From assembly GCF_006345805.1 (NCBI RefSeq), contig NC_043002.1, positions 78,988,001-79,052,000 of the forward strand: DNA of 64,000 nt, written 5' to 3'. A model generated the notes under the pieces. The model saw only the letters and a program-made list of their open reading frames with translations, was not told the origin of the DNA and made no database searches. Shown piece by piece: positions 11,307 through 24,934 of this stretch. Origin of the DNA: Octopus sinensis. Taxonomy: Eukaryota. Each line of letters starts with the position of its first letter. The stretch's first letter is position 1. The position numbers were made by a program, and so were the translations under genes.

Positions 11307-12236
11307 TGGAAATTTAGTCTCTCATTCTCTTCATTCCTTCTTACACAATTATGTGAAAACTATATAAAAAAATTATAAGCAAAAGAAACAAAAATCCAAT
11401 CCCTCACCACCACTGCCTCAATTGATTACAATGATATAAGGAAAAAACGAGGGGAAGGTAAGAAGTCGTTAAGCTTTATCGACTTAGGAATAACCAAATG
11501 TTTATTACTCCTGATAAACTACAGAATTACTATTAGTAGGTAGGGGAGATAATCCCTGTTTACAGGCAAGGTTTGACTATCAACGATGTTTGAACACAAA
11601 ATATTAATGTCAAAATCATTGAGAGATCTGGAGAGTCTCTGGTGCTGCAACCAGCTTAACTCGTGTAACTTACTGATCAGGTCAATTGAATTTTGTAATC
11701 ACCTTAAAATAATTGATAACTAAACAGGCTAATAATATTTTAATTGTGGATGTAATTTTTTTCTTTAAAGTTTGAAATAGCAAACTAAAAAACTGAGATC
11801 AAAATTCGTTTCATATTAAAATAATATTTGAATTTTTATGTAAAACTATTTCAAAAAATGTTAATTATTTAGTTTGTTTTATACTCTTCTGCTAATTTGT
11901 TTTTCTCAATTTGAAAGTCCAAGCCAAAGAAAAAAAAAAAAAAGAAACATTACCCCTTCCAATTAAGTATTTGTGAACTGGACAGTTATTCTCCCTCTAT
12001 TATACCCAGTATATCTTTTACTCCCTTTCTTTAAATAGACATTTGTTTCATATATTCTATTAGGATTGGATTTTGATTTTTAAAAATATCTGCATCTTTT
12101 TTTTTTTTCTGTTGCACTGTCACATGACTCACTACTAATTAAGTAACTATTACACACTAAAAATAATCATCAACAGCTCCATTAATAGGAAACTAAACCT
12201 GATGGTTAGTTTGTAAAAATAATTAAAAAAAACCTA

Positions 12237-12242
12237 AATAAA
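12237..12242 (+). terminator. Candidate poly(A) signal of the NTR gene
   Basis: First AATAAA I found downstream of the stop; weak evidence in AT-rich DNA. Confidence 0.25.
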
Positions 12243-15191
12243 GTATTTGTACTCCTTGATATATTCTGACTGTTTTCTTTTTATGTTTTTGTGACTGAAT
12301 CAACCCATTGATTGTAATTGTTTCATCCCAAGTCAGCCCAGACTGAGGAGGCTTTATGATCAAAGGAATTCCAACCATGGCAATCCAGTCTTTATAGACA
12401 ATAGATGACTGACTATATTGTCCAGTGCATCCTCCACTTAAACCAACAACGTCAAGGCTTATAAAGATAAATATTTGGTGCTAAACTTCAGAATATGTTG
12501 AGGCTGGTGCAGTGACAACTACATCCTCATTCACCAACAAGAACAGATTCAGAATGCTGAACAGTTCTTTTAACAACTTCTATACTCGGGTTTCTATTCT
12601 CCAGCCAAGCAAATACAGATTTGCCATTGTGAATTTAGCATATCTCTCCAGTCATGACAGTGTAGTCCCAGAGCTATATGTATCAGCTATTTTGTCAGAC
12701 TGCAGTTTGTCTCTTCCAGTGTGTATAAATGGCTGTTTGCGGTCGTCATTCAAAGAAGGCCAACATAGAAAATACGATAAAGATTCTGTTAATTGTTCTT
12801 CATTTACACACACACACAGTAGCATGTGAAGCGAGTTGAGTGTCTGGCAAAATACAAGCTACTCACTGCTCCAGTGGATGTAATTACTATCACATGTTTC
12901 CTTCTCCTGATCTAATGTCAACAAAACCTCCCATTGTGTCAAGGCCAATAAAAACAATCCAGAAAAGTGGATTAGGAGAACTTAGGGAGTCAGGCAAGAT
13001 GTTATGTTATGTTCTGGGTCTGTTTTGAGAACAATGCTCACATTATTGATCACAAGCTGCATGGGACAAAAATCAGCAGTCTTTTCTTTGGATAAACATC
13101 AATATTGTAGAGAGGAGGACTTACATAGGCAACTAGCAGCTGTCTTCAAGGTGTGAAAGGCTAGATCTGGCCAGTTTGAATGCTTGAAGGGTTAAGAAAA
13201 CTTGCCAAAGCCAGCACAACAAATATGAAAAGATCTATGGTCAACTTTGACCAACAGAATCTATTTTCGATTGGTTGCTGGCAAAATGTAATTTACTGTT
13301 GATAAATAAATTTATCGCAATATGGGTATTGAAAACTAAATGAAAGACATAACAGCGCTATTAGAACACTACAGTGCTAGGATGCTTTTAGAATATTATA
13401 ACAATGTTTCTTCTATTCTTTTACAAAGAAAAAAAAATTGTTAGACTGTCCAGCAAGTAAAATATGGTCATTCAGATTGTATGCTACCTGCCTGCTCTCA
13501 CAGGGTCTGAGCACAACTCCTCCTTCCAGACCAACTCATTAAAAATTTATAACTGAACATTTTTCACTTGAGCTACCAGGATTATCTCTCCAGTATATTA
13601 TTACACCAGATGTAAGGAAGTCAAAGTGAACCTGCACCCCTTTAATCACTTTAAACTGCTGCTTAAGAGTCTATTAACAAATTAGTTTGGTATCAAACCC
13701 TTTTCTCCATCAGTTACTCAGGAGATTAATTGGACAGAGTGAATTGCCAGTAACTTACTGCAAATAGGTTTCTCTGAAGATTACTTCAAACTACAATGTA
13801 ATTTTTTATACAAGGACTAATTTTTCATTGTGTATAAAAAATATATATATATACACACAATAGACATTGCATGTGCAATAAATCAATATATTGACTCCTT
13901 ACAAATAAAAGATGATGTTCATAGCTTTAGCCATATCACAAAAGTTAATATCACAATTGTTAATGAGGCTGATAAAGCTTGTTCAACTGAGGGGGGGGGC
14001 AGGGTAAACCCATTAACTCCTCTTTCAATTACACACCTACCATCTTGAAAATGAACAATACTAATCTACTTCCGAGATTAGTTATACATAGGGGAAAAGA
14101 CAAGATGGTCTAATATGGAATGCTTTTTGCCATTGGTCCGCTTCATTAGCCAATTTGGAAGCGAAAAAAATCATGCTTCAGTCATAATTTTCTTAACATT
14201 TTATTTTTAAGTATATGTACAAGTTTTCTAATGTATAACTGACGACTTAAAAGTCTCTGAAATTTTCCCCAATGTCTCAACAAACCAAAAATCTACTCAA
14301 AGAGCAGATTTCAGCTTTAAACAAGGCAGCCTGAAAATAAATAAAGTAAATATTGAAATAGATTTTTAGATTCCATTGGAATAATTTCTTGGTTAAAAAG
14401 GTAAAATAAGTGGCCCAATGGGTTGGGTTAGAGAAGGAATAAGAGACAAAAGTGTTTCCTCCAGAATAAATATAGTTTAATCAAACAATAGCTAATGACA
14501 TAATCTTAATGTAATGGCATTCCCCCCTCAAAAAAAAAAAACAAAAAAAAAATACCTGAAATTCATATTAATAGGGGGGGGGATTTTACATTTTCCCCAA
14601 ATCTTAACCATTTAGTATTTAAACCTATTTTATTCAGCCTAAACAGTCTAATTGGCTAAATCCAGGCTCATGCCTACCATACAATGTATCTCTGAAAGCT
14701 GATGCCAGTGCCACCTAAATGGCTCCCGTGCCAGTGGCACGTAAAAAGCACCAACTACACTCTTGGAGTAGTTGGCATTAGCAGACATTAAACGATGATC
14801 ATCATCATCATTGAAATCTTGAAGTTATGAGATAATGCCTGATCAATTGTAGGCTCCAGATTTTGCTTATGTGATTATTTCCAGAATGACTACAGGGTAA
14901 GAGCAAGAGGCTGGGCAGTTTGAACATAAAACATACAATATTTAGGCCTTATATGACCAGTTTAAATGCTAAAGTCTTAAGGAATGGGTAAGTGGATATT
15001 GCCATCTTTGAGTTTGTTCTAACAATGTGAAGTGAACTGGTTTTAATTAGAAATTGAAACCACATTACTGCTCCAGTTGATTAGCTTTCTTCTCTACATC
15101 ATTAACCACTTATTTCAGCTCTATTTGAAATTGCTAAATAATAACAGAAAGCAAAATGGGAAGGCAAGAGATTTGGTTAAAATGTTAATAA

Positions 15192-15197
15192 TTTATT
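15192..15197 (-). terminator. Candidate poly(A) signal of PPA
   Basis: AATAAA on the minus strand ~180 nt past the stop codon; weak evidence. Confidence 0.3.
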
Positions 15198-15372
15198 AAA
15201 ACAAGATTAATTTTTTTATGGGTGAAAAAAAAAAAATATGCCGATCTGTATTCTGTTGATTATGTATCAAAACAACCCAAAATGTCGCTGCTCTATATGT
15301 TTGTATATGTACATGTGTGTGTAGGTGCATATATGTATATATACATATATATGCATCATCTGTTTAGATCTC

Positions 15373-15401
15373 TTACTTGGTTACATAATGCCATTGATCC
15401 A
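15373..15401 (-). CDS. PPA1: PPA exon 12 (terminal)
   Basis: TCTCTTTTCAG acceptor; (V)DQWHYVTK*; matches the conserved VDKW(H/F) C-terminus. Confidence 0.9.
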
Positions 15402-16384
15402 CTGAAAAGAGAGAGAGAAACAATAGTTAGAATATGGACATCATGTAATTAGTTTTGAAAACAAAATCCTCAACTCGATATCTTCAATAAAAAAAATAAA
15501 CTCGCACTGAATGACCTGCACTGATAATACAAAACCATCATCATTGTCATTAATTTGGTTCAGTCAATTTTCAATTATTTTTTTCCCTTCTTCCAAACAA
15601 TCACAGGTACATCAATTTCCTGGGAACCTTAGTTCAGAAACTTTTCGTGATTACTCATTTTTCAGAGCCAAGAGTGGTCACCTTGGTCAACACTTAATTA
15701 AACAAGTATTAAATTTACTCAACCCTTTGATATTAACCCATCTGAAACTGCTCCTAGTCCTCTCTATTTTAACCGATTAACGTGTAATGTCCAGAAAAAT
15801 GGACGTAGGAAAAATTACTGTTGTTTGTTCCATACATGTGTATAGTTGGTTTGTTTGTAAACAGCACCTGTTCACTCATAGAGCACTAGTTTAGAAGCAG
15901 ACTATACAAAAAATAAGCTCAATAGGTAGTTTACTTAACGAGCAATAGTAATTTTTCTGGACACTATGCATTCATGGGTTAAAGTGATCTGAATTATAAA
16001 CTTCCAAAATCTTGTGTTAATTTACGTTCCAAACACCAGCTTAAATTCTTCATTTTAAAAATTCTATAAGATAAAGGTAGTGAATTTCAACTGAAATATG
16101 GTAACGAAAGGGTTAATAAATAAAAAGGAAATACGGGTGCCTGTATATTACTGTAATTACAAGAGGTTCTGAACTATCAGTATCTGGAAAGTTTGTGTGA
16201 TATTAATAAAGACTGACCCTAGTCCTACGATAAGAATTTCTTTTTTTTTTTTTAAATGATCTACATTAAAAAGGTCCATCAAAATTTCATGTTAATTTAT
16301 GTTCCAAACACCATCGTAAAAATCAGAGGTATTTTAATAAATTCTTCACTATTTTAAAAATCAATTAAGTCAAAGGTGTTCAGA

Positions 16385-16632
16385 TTAGACAAAGGAAATG
16401 GAGATGGATCGGGGGGGACACTGCTGAAAGAACCCTCAAATGCGACATGACAAGCACTTGACTAGAACCCGCAGGGGAAAAGGAACCGAAGACGCCCGAA
16501 GCAGACATGGAAGTGGAGCATTTTGGACAAGCTCAGGACCACCTGACATGGGAAGCAGCCAAGAAACTGACTGCAAAAAGTGGAAAACAACTGTTGAGGC
16601 CTTTGCTCCACAAGGGGCAAAAAGGATTAAGA
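16385..16632 (+). mobile_element. RTE LINE ORF2 3' fragment
   Basis: Frameshifted translation RQRKWRWIG...NPQGKRNRRRPKQTW...KWKTTVEA, the classic RTE C-terminus. Confidence 0.7.
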
Positions 16633-17236
16633 AGTGTATATCAATAGAAATACAGGAATGAATGGTTAATTAATTACAATAATATACAGGTATCTGTATT
16701 TCATTTTATTTAAGTAAATTAGTACAAATAAGAGGTTCCGGACCATCAGTATCTGGAAAGTTTGTTATATTAATAAAGGCACAATAGCCATGTTGTTGAT
16801 GTGTTGGACTACTAAGTACATGGTTATAAGTTCTACCTTTACAATTGTCATCATCTGTTATTGTCTCCTATACAACTGTTTGTTTGCTCACGCTTTACTC
16901 CTACTTCACAGTTCAAGTAATTATTAGTAGCAATTGTATACAACTGTTAACATCAACTGACCAAACAAAAACACATGAGAGAGAGAGAGAAAGGAAGAAA
17001 ATGAGAGGTAGGGAGGAAAAAGAGAATCTAGATGTTTGACCTGCTAGAAATAGTAGTCAGATCTTCCATACAAAGCTAATATGAGAATAATGTTCTCGAA
17101 ATTGAAAGTTATACATTTTGACCTCAAAAGCTTTGCCAGCATGGAAGGTAGATGCTAAATGATGAAGTAGAAGAGAGAGAGAGAGAAATAATGTGAAGGT
17201 GAAGTTATTTGAACTATTTCAATGAAAAATACCTAC

Positions 17237-17276
17237 CATCACTTGGTAATTCAGCAGGAGGACCAGCATCAGGAGC
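17237..17276 (-). CDS. PPA1: PPA exon 11
   Basis: TTCTGCAG acceptor, G|GTAGGT donor; APDAGPPAELPSD. Confidence 0.9.
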
Positions 17277-17560
17277 CTGCAGAAGAAATACATGGAAATG
17301 GAATTAATCTAGATTAAAGAACCAAGCTGTGTACTTAATACAAGATATTACTGGTATGTATATAGAAACTCCTCATCTCTAAAGCACCCAGTACACACCA
17401 TAAAGTGGTTGGTGGTGTTAGGATGGGCATTCAGCTGCAGAAACCATATTAAAGAAGACATTGGAGCCTGACACAGCTCTGCAGCTCATCAGACCCTGTC
17501 AAATCACTCGACCCATGCCAGCATAGAAAACAGGTATTAAATAAGTAACAAAGTTACTCT

Positions 17561-17870
17561 TATTTACATTATTTACAAATGACAGATACTTGTCCTCATC
17601 TTGTTAACACAACATTTCAGCTGATATACCTCCAGCCACAGGCATATGGCATTGTGGTTAAGAACGCGGGCTACTAACCCCAAGATTCAGAGTTCAATTC
17701 CAAGCAGTGACCTGGATAACAACAACAACATTGAAAAATACCTTAGGAATGAGAACCCAGGTTCGAAATTTCCCTAAGACACTGACGAAGGCTGGAGGGT
17801 ATATCAGCTGAAACATTGTGTTAACAACAAGATGAGGACAAATATCCGTCAAATGTAAATAATGTACATA
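17561..17870 (+). mobile_element. tRNA-headed short element with a Penelope-like 3' end carrying a hammerhead motif, and an inverted 5' copy of that end
   Basis: A-box TGGCATTGTGG and B-box GTTCAATTCC (17647-17702); CTGACGA-A-GGCTG..CAGCT-GAAA (17782-17813); ~77-bp inverted arms at 17561-17637 and 17790-17870. Confidence 0.65.
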
Positions 17871-18194
17871 ATTCCTCATCTCTTAAATACAGAACTAAAG
17901 TCCTCTTGAATTCTAATGCACATGCCATGATAAAATACACTCAGTGCACTTTTGGAAAGCAGTTGGTAAAACCAGTAGAGACAATTTAGGGTCACAAAGA
18001 GATTCTTTAGGATGGCCCAAAGCCTTGACTGTTCTAGTGCTGGTACCATGATAAAATGCACTAAATACATTCTAAAGTAGTTTGTGTTAAGGGCACCCAG
18101 CTAAAGGAACTATACAAAAACTGAGAGGACTAAGCATGATATGGTCCTCCAAACCATTCAGGTTGGTAGTAACTTTAAATAAGAACTGACTCAA

Positions 18195-18580
18195 CTAAGA
18201 TGACACTCCAACTTAAGCAAGTATGGAGAACATGGTTCCAGGTTCAGCCCCACTGCAAAGAAGCTTGGGCAAGTATTTTTTAATAGTCTTGTGCTGACCA
18301 AAGCATTGTGAGTGGATTTGGAAGATGGAAATTGAAAGAAGCTTGTCGCACACACGCGCGTGTGTGTGTGTGTGTGTGTGTTCATCCCACCATTACTGCT
18401 TGACAACTAGTGTTGGTGTGTCTACATCCCCATAACTTAGTGGTTCAGCAAAAGGCTAAGTATTTTAACAAAAACAAAAAAAGAAAAGAAAAAGCCCAGG
18501 GGTCAATTTGACTAAAACCCTTCAAGGTGGTGCTCCAGCATGGCTGCAATCAAATGACTAAAACAAGTAAAATAAAAGAA
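18195..18580 (+). mobile_element. SINE family 1
   Basis: Degenerate head, (TG)n, tail ending CAGCATGGCTGCAATCAAATGACTAAAACAAGTAAAA. Confidence 0.7.
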
Positions 18581-18672
18581 TGAAACCCATACAAAAAAAA
18601 AAAATCAAATATACAGCCTGCTTGCAATAGATTATTGATAATAACAGATTAGTGATAAAGTATTATACTTAC

Positions 18673-18742
18673 ATTATTGACGACAGCCTGTGCTTCGTCC
18701 TTTGTTATAGTATAAGGACTGTTAGCAACACTGGTATTTTCA
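18673..18742 (-). CDS. PPA1: PPA exon 10
   Basis: TTTCAG acceptor, GTAAGT donor; (C)ENTSVANSPYTITKDEAQAVVNN. Confidence 0.92.
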
Positions 18743-18945
18743 CTGAAATTACAATATTTCAGAACATTTACTTGCATTGCTTTAGACTTAATGCAGTTGT
18801 TACAGTGAATGTAAGCACTAATTTCTGGTAGGGAAACCAGAGCATGCAATTATAAAAGTCAAAACAATACAACTATATGCAGGGTAAAAGATGGCACATA
18901 TGTATCTTCTTGCAAGCTGCCTCTCATAAAAATGAAATATCAAAA

Positions 18946-18983
<38 letters not shown>

Positions 18984-20656
18984 TCCAGCATATAATTAAT
19001 AAAAAAAAAAAAAACCCCACCATCAAATGCCCTTCTGCACCTTATATACTAATGATCAGGCTTTGGGTAGGACTCAGTATTAATAATGGATAATACTGGT
19101 GAAAGTGGAGGACAGTAGTGATATTTGGTTGTGGTAAGGTAAAATATTATAACTTAGCCCACCATAATAGAATACCAAACAGCATCAGTCTATATTTTCA
19201 TGGTTCCTATACATGAAAATGTGCGAGACATTCAGTGAGAGGATTTACAATTAGCTGCAGTTTTTGGTTGCTTTTTTTTTTAATAGATTAGGCTTGCTAA
19301 AATCAGGGCGTATATTATATGTCCATGCACCTTACTGCCCAAAAATACAGTATGTGTATATAAAAAGAAAAAAAGGAGATGGGAGGGTTAAGATAGTTCA
19401 GGCAGATATCAATAAAGCACTCAGTTTTAAACAAATTTGGTTTACTATATCCAACAATAAGACACCAGTAAATCTAAGTAAAATACACATCCAACTAATT
19501 TTGGAACACCTTGAAAACGCGTTAGCATGTATATTCAGAAATATTAATTTCAATGATATTTTCTATATCTAATACAATAAAAACAACTGTTAGCTTTGTA
19601 AGGTGAATTCTACAATTAAAGATGTGATTTTCTCTATATGCATTTTTGTTTTTATATATATGTTGATTTACCAGAAGTAACAAATTACAGAACAATACAT
19701 AAATGACAAGTGCCAAGTATCCTTTAATACAAAATGCAATGGCCCATAATCCCAGGATTCTCAAGTCATGTGGAGCCAATCATTTAGTTAATAATCCGAT
19801 CCAGTTTTGTCAAATTACCTTATGGTTGAATATATTTCGAAATAAATGAAAGTTATAAAGAAGCTATTTATTTTTGATTTCTTAAAATCATTGCACAGCA
19901 AATACAAAAAAGGGCCATTTGATGTCTTGGATAGAAAACTCAAAGGCTGCCTGTGGGATCCGAAACCACATCTGTAAATATGACATTCTACCACTGGACC
20001 AAAGCATGCTATTTACCTTAGTTTTTATAGCTTTATCTACATTTTCAGCTAGAGAATTTTCACATTTTTTAAATCCTTATGATAAATATACACACAATCA
20101 AAAATGATGGTGGACCAGTGATGTAAGAAATATTCATTTGAATAAATAATTAGAACTAAATTTTAAAATCTAAAAAAAAAATTTTTTTTAAATCAACACA
20201 GGCGTGACTATGTGATAAACTTGCTACCCAACCACATGGTCCCAGTGTGACACCTTGGGCAAGCATCTACTATAGCCTCGCGTCAACTAGAGTCCTGAAT
20301 GGATTTGGTAGATGGAAACTGAAAGAAGTCCATCATATATGTATATATTTGTGCATGTGTTTGTTCCCCATCACCGCTTGACAACTGGTGCTGATATGTT
20401 TACGTTCACGCAACTTATTGGTTCAGCAAAAGAGACCGATAGGATAAGTACTAGGCTTAAAAATAAGTTCAGGGCCAATTCCTTCAACTAAAACCCTTCA
20501 AGGTGGCACCCCAGCATGGCCACAATCAAATGACAAACTATTGAAAGATAAAAGACTATAAGAAGCTTACAAAGAAACATTGTCATGAAATGGATATGTG
20601 TTGTAAATTCTGTAGAATTTATCAGATTCTCAATAAAACAGAAAATAAATGCATAC

Positions 20657-20742
20657 CATCGGATTCCTTCAGCATCAGTCATTTTATTCATCAGTTTCTC
20701 CCATTGTTCATGAGTCTCAGTAACAATTTTCAGAGCATAAGC
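20657..20742 (-). CDS. PPA1: PPA exon 9
   Basis: TTTATAG acceptor, GTATGC donor; AYALKIVTETHEQWEKLMNKMTDAEGIR. Confidence 0.93.
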
Positions 20743-20900
20743 CTATAAAAAAAAAAAGGCATTGACTAATTGTAACAGTTTATTTTTTTAACATTTTAGC
20801 ATTTAAACCAGCCATATCCAGCCAAAATATTCCACCTGTTTTATGTTCAAACTGGCCAGATATGGCCTCTCACACCAATCCTACTTATCATTCAAAAACT

Positions 20901-21324
20901 GGTACTACTCTGGCATGTAAGCTACAAGGGAAATTACTTTAGGTTACTTTTTAATTTACTTTTCAATTTCTAAAAAAAAAGATGTTGGCCAAAAATTATT
21001 ACAATGCGATCAGCAACAAGACAAAGGCAGTTGTATTTTTACAATAAACCAGCACTAAATTCACATTTAAGGAGAGAGAAAAAAAAAGGTGTCCCTTTGG
21101 CATATGATCTACAATTTAAAGGGAGATTACTTTAGGTTACTTCTTAGTTTTACTTTGTGTTAGTGCTTCTTTCTGTGTGGTCTACATGAGCAAATTTACT
21201 TTGGTGATTGATGTATGTGCATATTTTAATTATTATATGGTTTACTTATACATTTAAAATGCTAAGTATGAAAATAAGTAACCTAAAGTAATCTCCCTTG
21301 TAGATCACACACCAAAGTAGCACC
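20901..21324. mobile_element. Merlin-like MITE nested inside a piggyBac MITE
   Basis: 8-bp TSD CAAAAACT (20893-20900, 21325-21332), GG...CC termini, ~50-bp TIRs, and an extra internal left-TIR copy at 21088. The host piggyBac MITE is split into ~20795-20892 and 21333-21443. Confidence 0.7.
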
Positions 21325-21808
21325 CAAAAACTTAACAGTTACCTCATCAAAATCTTAAAGCTACAAGGTAATGCATGATGAATTCAAAACAATGTGAATA
21401 AATAAGCATTACATTTGACAGAATAATGTGAATGCTGAAAGGTTAAACACCACTTTTAATTAAGACAATTCTGTATAATTGTCACAAAAAACAGCTTTGA
21501 ATAAAATATATCCGGAAAGCTACTTCATATGACAATTATTTAACTTTAGCCTGACCAGGCTATTTGCATGCCAGCATACATCTCTTTCACTGTTTCAATA
21601 ATTGGATATTTACCAGGTTGTGAGAAACAGAGTTATTACTAACTGACAAAGAACAATGCAGAAACACATGCATTCTATGAGCTAATGGTGTCATTCATAG
21701 ACCAAAACAAAATGTGTTTACACAAGTCTAGATGGAGAATTTTCTCCCAGGACTTATCTTGCAGTGATAGGTTTCATCACTGCTAATAACAATTGAAAAT
21801 GTTAAACA

Positions 21809-21966
21809 GGACAAGGAGTGGCTGTGTGGTAAATAGCTTGCTTACCAACCAGATGGTTCCGGGTTCAGTCCCGCTGCCTGACACCTTGGGCAAGTGTCTA
21901 CTATAGCCTTGGACCGACCAAAGCCTTGTGAGTGGATTTGGTAGATGGAAACTAAAAGAAAGCCCG

Positions 21967-22021
<55 letters not shown>

Positions 22022-22235
22022 ATATATATATGTCCCCCCCCCCAACATCACTTGACAACCGTTGATGGTGTGTTTACATCCCCATAACTTAGCAGCTCGG
22101 CAAAAGAGACCGATATAAGTATTAGGCTTACACAGAATAAGTCCTGGGGTCGATTTCTTCGACTAAAGGCAGTGCTCTAGCATGGCTGCATTTAAATGAC
22201 TGAAACAAGTAAAAGAGTAAAGAGTAAAAGAGAGT
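21809..22235 (+). mobile_element. SINE family 1, full length
   Basis: Head, (GT)n microsatellite and tail all present. Confidence 0.85.
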
Positions 22236-23222
22236 AGGACTTTACATGAATATACAATTGTATATATCTGCAGTGAGTCGTATTCAGTTGTGTTTGTATA
22301 GGAAGTGATTCAATCAGATATCCTAAAATAATTACATCATAGGATTGTTTTAGCTACTGGAAATACAGACACAAATACAAATTTACTCTGGTATAATTTT
22401 GCATTCATCAACATTTTTACATTTTTTCTTCAAGCTGTTACAGGATAGATGAAACTTTTTTGAGGCAGGCTTCTTATGGTCAGCTGCTCATGTTGTCAAT
22501 TCCTACTTGTTTTTCAACTGTTTCTTTTATTTCATTGCATTAATTTGCACATGCCTGTAGAATTACAGGACATTCGTTTATTAAGAAATGTATACAATGA
22601 ATCTTTTTTTTTTTTCTTTAGATTGTGAATGGCAGTTTCACATGTCCTCATTAACACAAATATGCATATTATTATACATGTCTTTTTGCCTTGGTAATGT
22701 GATACTTGTAAATGAGTGTTGCTCTCATATAATCAGTGTCATTCATTTTCTATTTTCTATGGAAACCTGTCTGATCATAGGAAACAGTACTTTGCCTGGA
22801 AACAGGTGAGGGTTGGTAGGAGGAAAGAGTCATAGGAAATCTACCTCCCTCAACAAAATTCATCCAACCCACACACGCATGGGAAAGTGAATGTTAGACA
22901 AAGACAAGTGTAAGAACAACAAGCAAGTGTATTAGTTTAACGCTCAGGAAGAATGGAAAAGTCTTTTACATTTTGAGCCTACACTCTTCAACAGACAGGA
23001 TTAAAGGGTAAATAAGAAAATTTTTTTAAATGGAGAGAGAGAAAAAAAGGGTGAAGGGATAGTAAAGATATGGTTGTGTGATTAAGCTGCTTGCTTTCCA
23101 GCCATGTGTAAATAAAAAAGCATTCCATTTGATAAAATAATCTGAATGAGGGATTAAAGCAAGTTATAAAACAGTAACAACTGAAACAAAACATGAAAAA
23201 GTGAAGATGAATGAAGGTTTAC

Positions 23223-23309
23223 CTTGTTTTTAGCTTCCCCATTGAAAGCAAACTGATTTTCTTGTTTTCCATCAGGCACTTTATAGTAACGGAACCATTC
23301 ATAGGTTGC
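23223..23309 (-). CDS. PPA1: PPA exon 8
   Basis: TTACTTAG acceptor, AAG|GTAAAC donor; [29 protein letters not shown]. Confidence 0.95.
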
Positions 23310-23652
23310 CTAAGTAAATAAGGAAATATTAAAGGGAAAAATGTTAAAATTGTCCAAGTGTCTAGCAAAGGTGATGCAAAGGACAAAGATAGTCCTAAAA
23401 TTTTTATTTTAAAGATTAATGACAATTCAGAAACCTTATTATTATTATTAACAGATATATAACTTGACTTATTGGAACAATTCTCAGTAGCCTCTATTTT
23501 AATCCATCTACGCAATGAACAGCTTGTGATCTAAGAGAGATAACTCTGCAATTCAATGCAGTGTTTTCATTAAATTTCTTAGCTACTATAAAGAAAAAAA
23601 TTTAACTTGCAAAAGCCATGAAAAGGAGAAAATCTTGCATGAAAATCGCTTG

Positions 23653-23694
<42 letters not shown>

Positions 23695-24934
23695 TCAGCG
23701 ATTTCAAATCACAACAGGAAATCCATCAAAATTTTTTTAGCGATTTGTTTGACAAAAGACCTCAGACAAGGTGAGGTTAATGTTAACAATGGATTTAAAT
23801 TTCTACAAGAGACGTGTGACTGGAAGAAAAACAGTCAGTTGCACATGTATGCAGGGGCTTGGACAAATTTTAGAAGAAAATTGGCAGTTGCCTTTACATG
23901 CAAGTCTTCTGTTGCTCCTCCCACACACACACACACACACACACACCAAAGTTTATTCAAAGAAAAGGCTGACGACTTTGGTTGATAGTTTGGCAACAGT
24001 GTTAGAATGTTAGTTTTGCTGTTAGAATGCTACAAAAGTCAGAAAGATATAACATCTTGCCTGATCCCCCTCGCAGTTCTGCCAATCTTGTATCCTGGGT
24101 TAAAGCTGCTTTATTGGCCCTAAGAAGGATGAATGACAAAACTGATCTGGGCAGGATTTGAACTCAGAATGCACAGATTTAGAACAAATACTATGAGGCA
24201 TTCAATCCAACTAAGAACTTGGCCAATTCACTGTCTAAATATAGCTAACCACATAGGCTCCAAACAGAAGCTATACCAAAGAAAAGTGATGAAATACGGT
24301 GGAGGTGAGTTGAAAGATGCAATTATCATTGGATTTTTTTTTTTTTTTTAAATACTGGATACTTTGAAAATAACAATGCATTTATTCATTCTTAATACAT
24401 TCTGGCAGATTTGAACATGAATATTTGATCACTGTTGGTTTTCATCATCAGAGAACACATCTTCTCTTTGGATGATGCCTGTATCTAACATGTGATTCAC
24501 TGTGCAATAAGTACACAATATGGTTCAATCATATTGTGTACCTCCGTAACCAAAGCTACCTTAACAGGCTGACGAATTTAAGAGCACAAGTTCTTGTTTA
24601 TAGGAATCTGTAAAGAAATTATTTGCTGATGTTTGTTCATGTCTGCCAAAACAGATAATTCATGGAGTGCATGCAGGAGAGCATGAAACCAAACAATAAT
24701 ATATCAATCCATTCTTAAAACATTCTAACAGACTCAAATGTTAAATAGCTGAATTTCAGAATATTTACTGCCATTATGGGATGCATATTTCTCAACCATA
24801 AATGTTTTATTTAGGCTTGTTTGTATTTCCAATGTGGAATATGTATTCCAAATTCCAATCAACCGAAAAGCACTTTTTCAAATGATTGCTACAGCAATGC
24901 TAAAACGTAATTCCAGAATTAAGTCTTAACTTAC

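Noticed and set aside
12512-12829. 105-aa ORF in the intergenic gap
   Set aside because: No recognisable domain or splice sites, and the opposite strand has stops; probably a decayed repeat.
11307-15372. Antisense overlap between the convergent NTR and PPA 3' ends
   Set aside because: The stops are ~4 kb apart and candidate poly(A) signals lie on each gene's own side; no sequence evidence of overlap.
16140-16778. Local ~60-100-bp direct duplication flanking the RTE fragment
   Set aside because: Diverged and not immediately adjacent to the insert, so not a TSD; no further structure seen.
14316-16957. Alternative PPA terminal exons (GCLV* near 14330; VDVNSCIQ...* near 16957)
   Set aside because: Acceptors are plausible, but only 15373-15401 gives the conserved VD(Q/K)WHY ending.
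17647-17702. Real tRNA gene
   Set aside because: A/B boxes are present, but there is no complete cloverleaf or terminator and it continues into repeat sequence. All tRNA-like sequences in the window are SINE heads.
24511-24541. 12-bp perfect hairpin in PPA intron 7
   Set aside because: Short and AT-rich; could arise by chance or from a MITE remnant.
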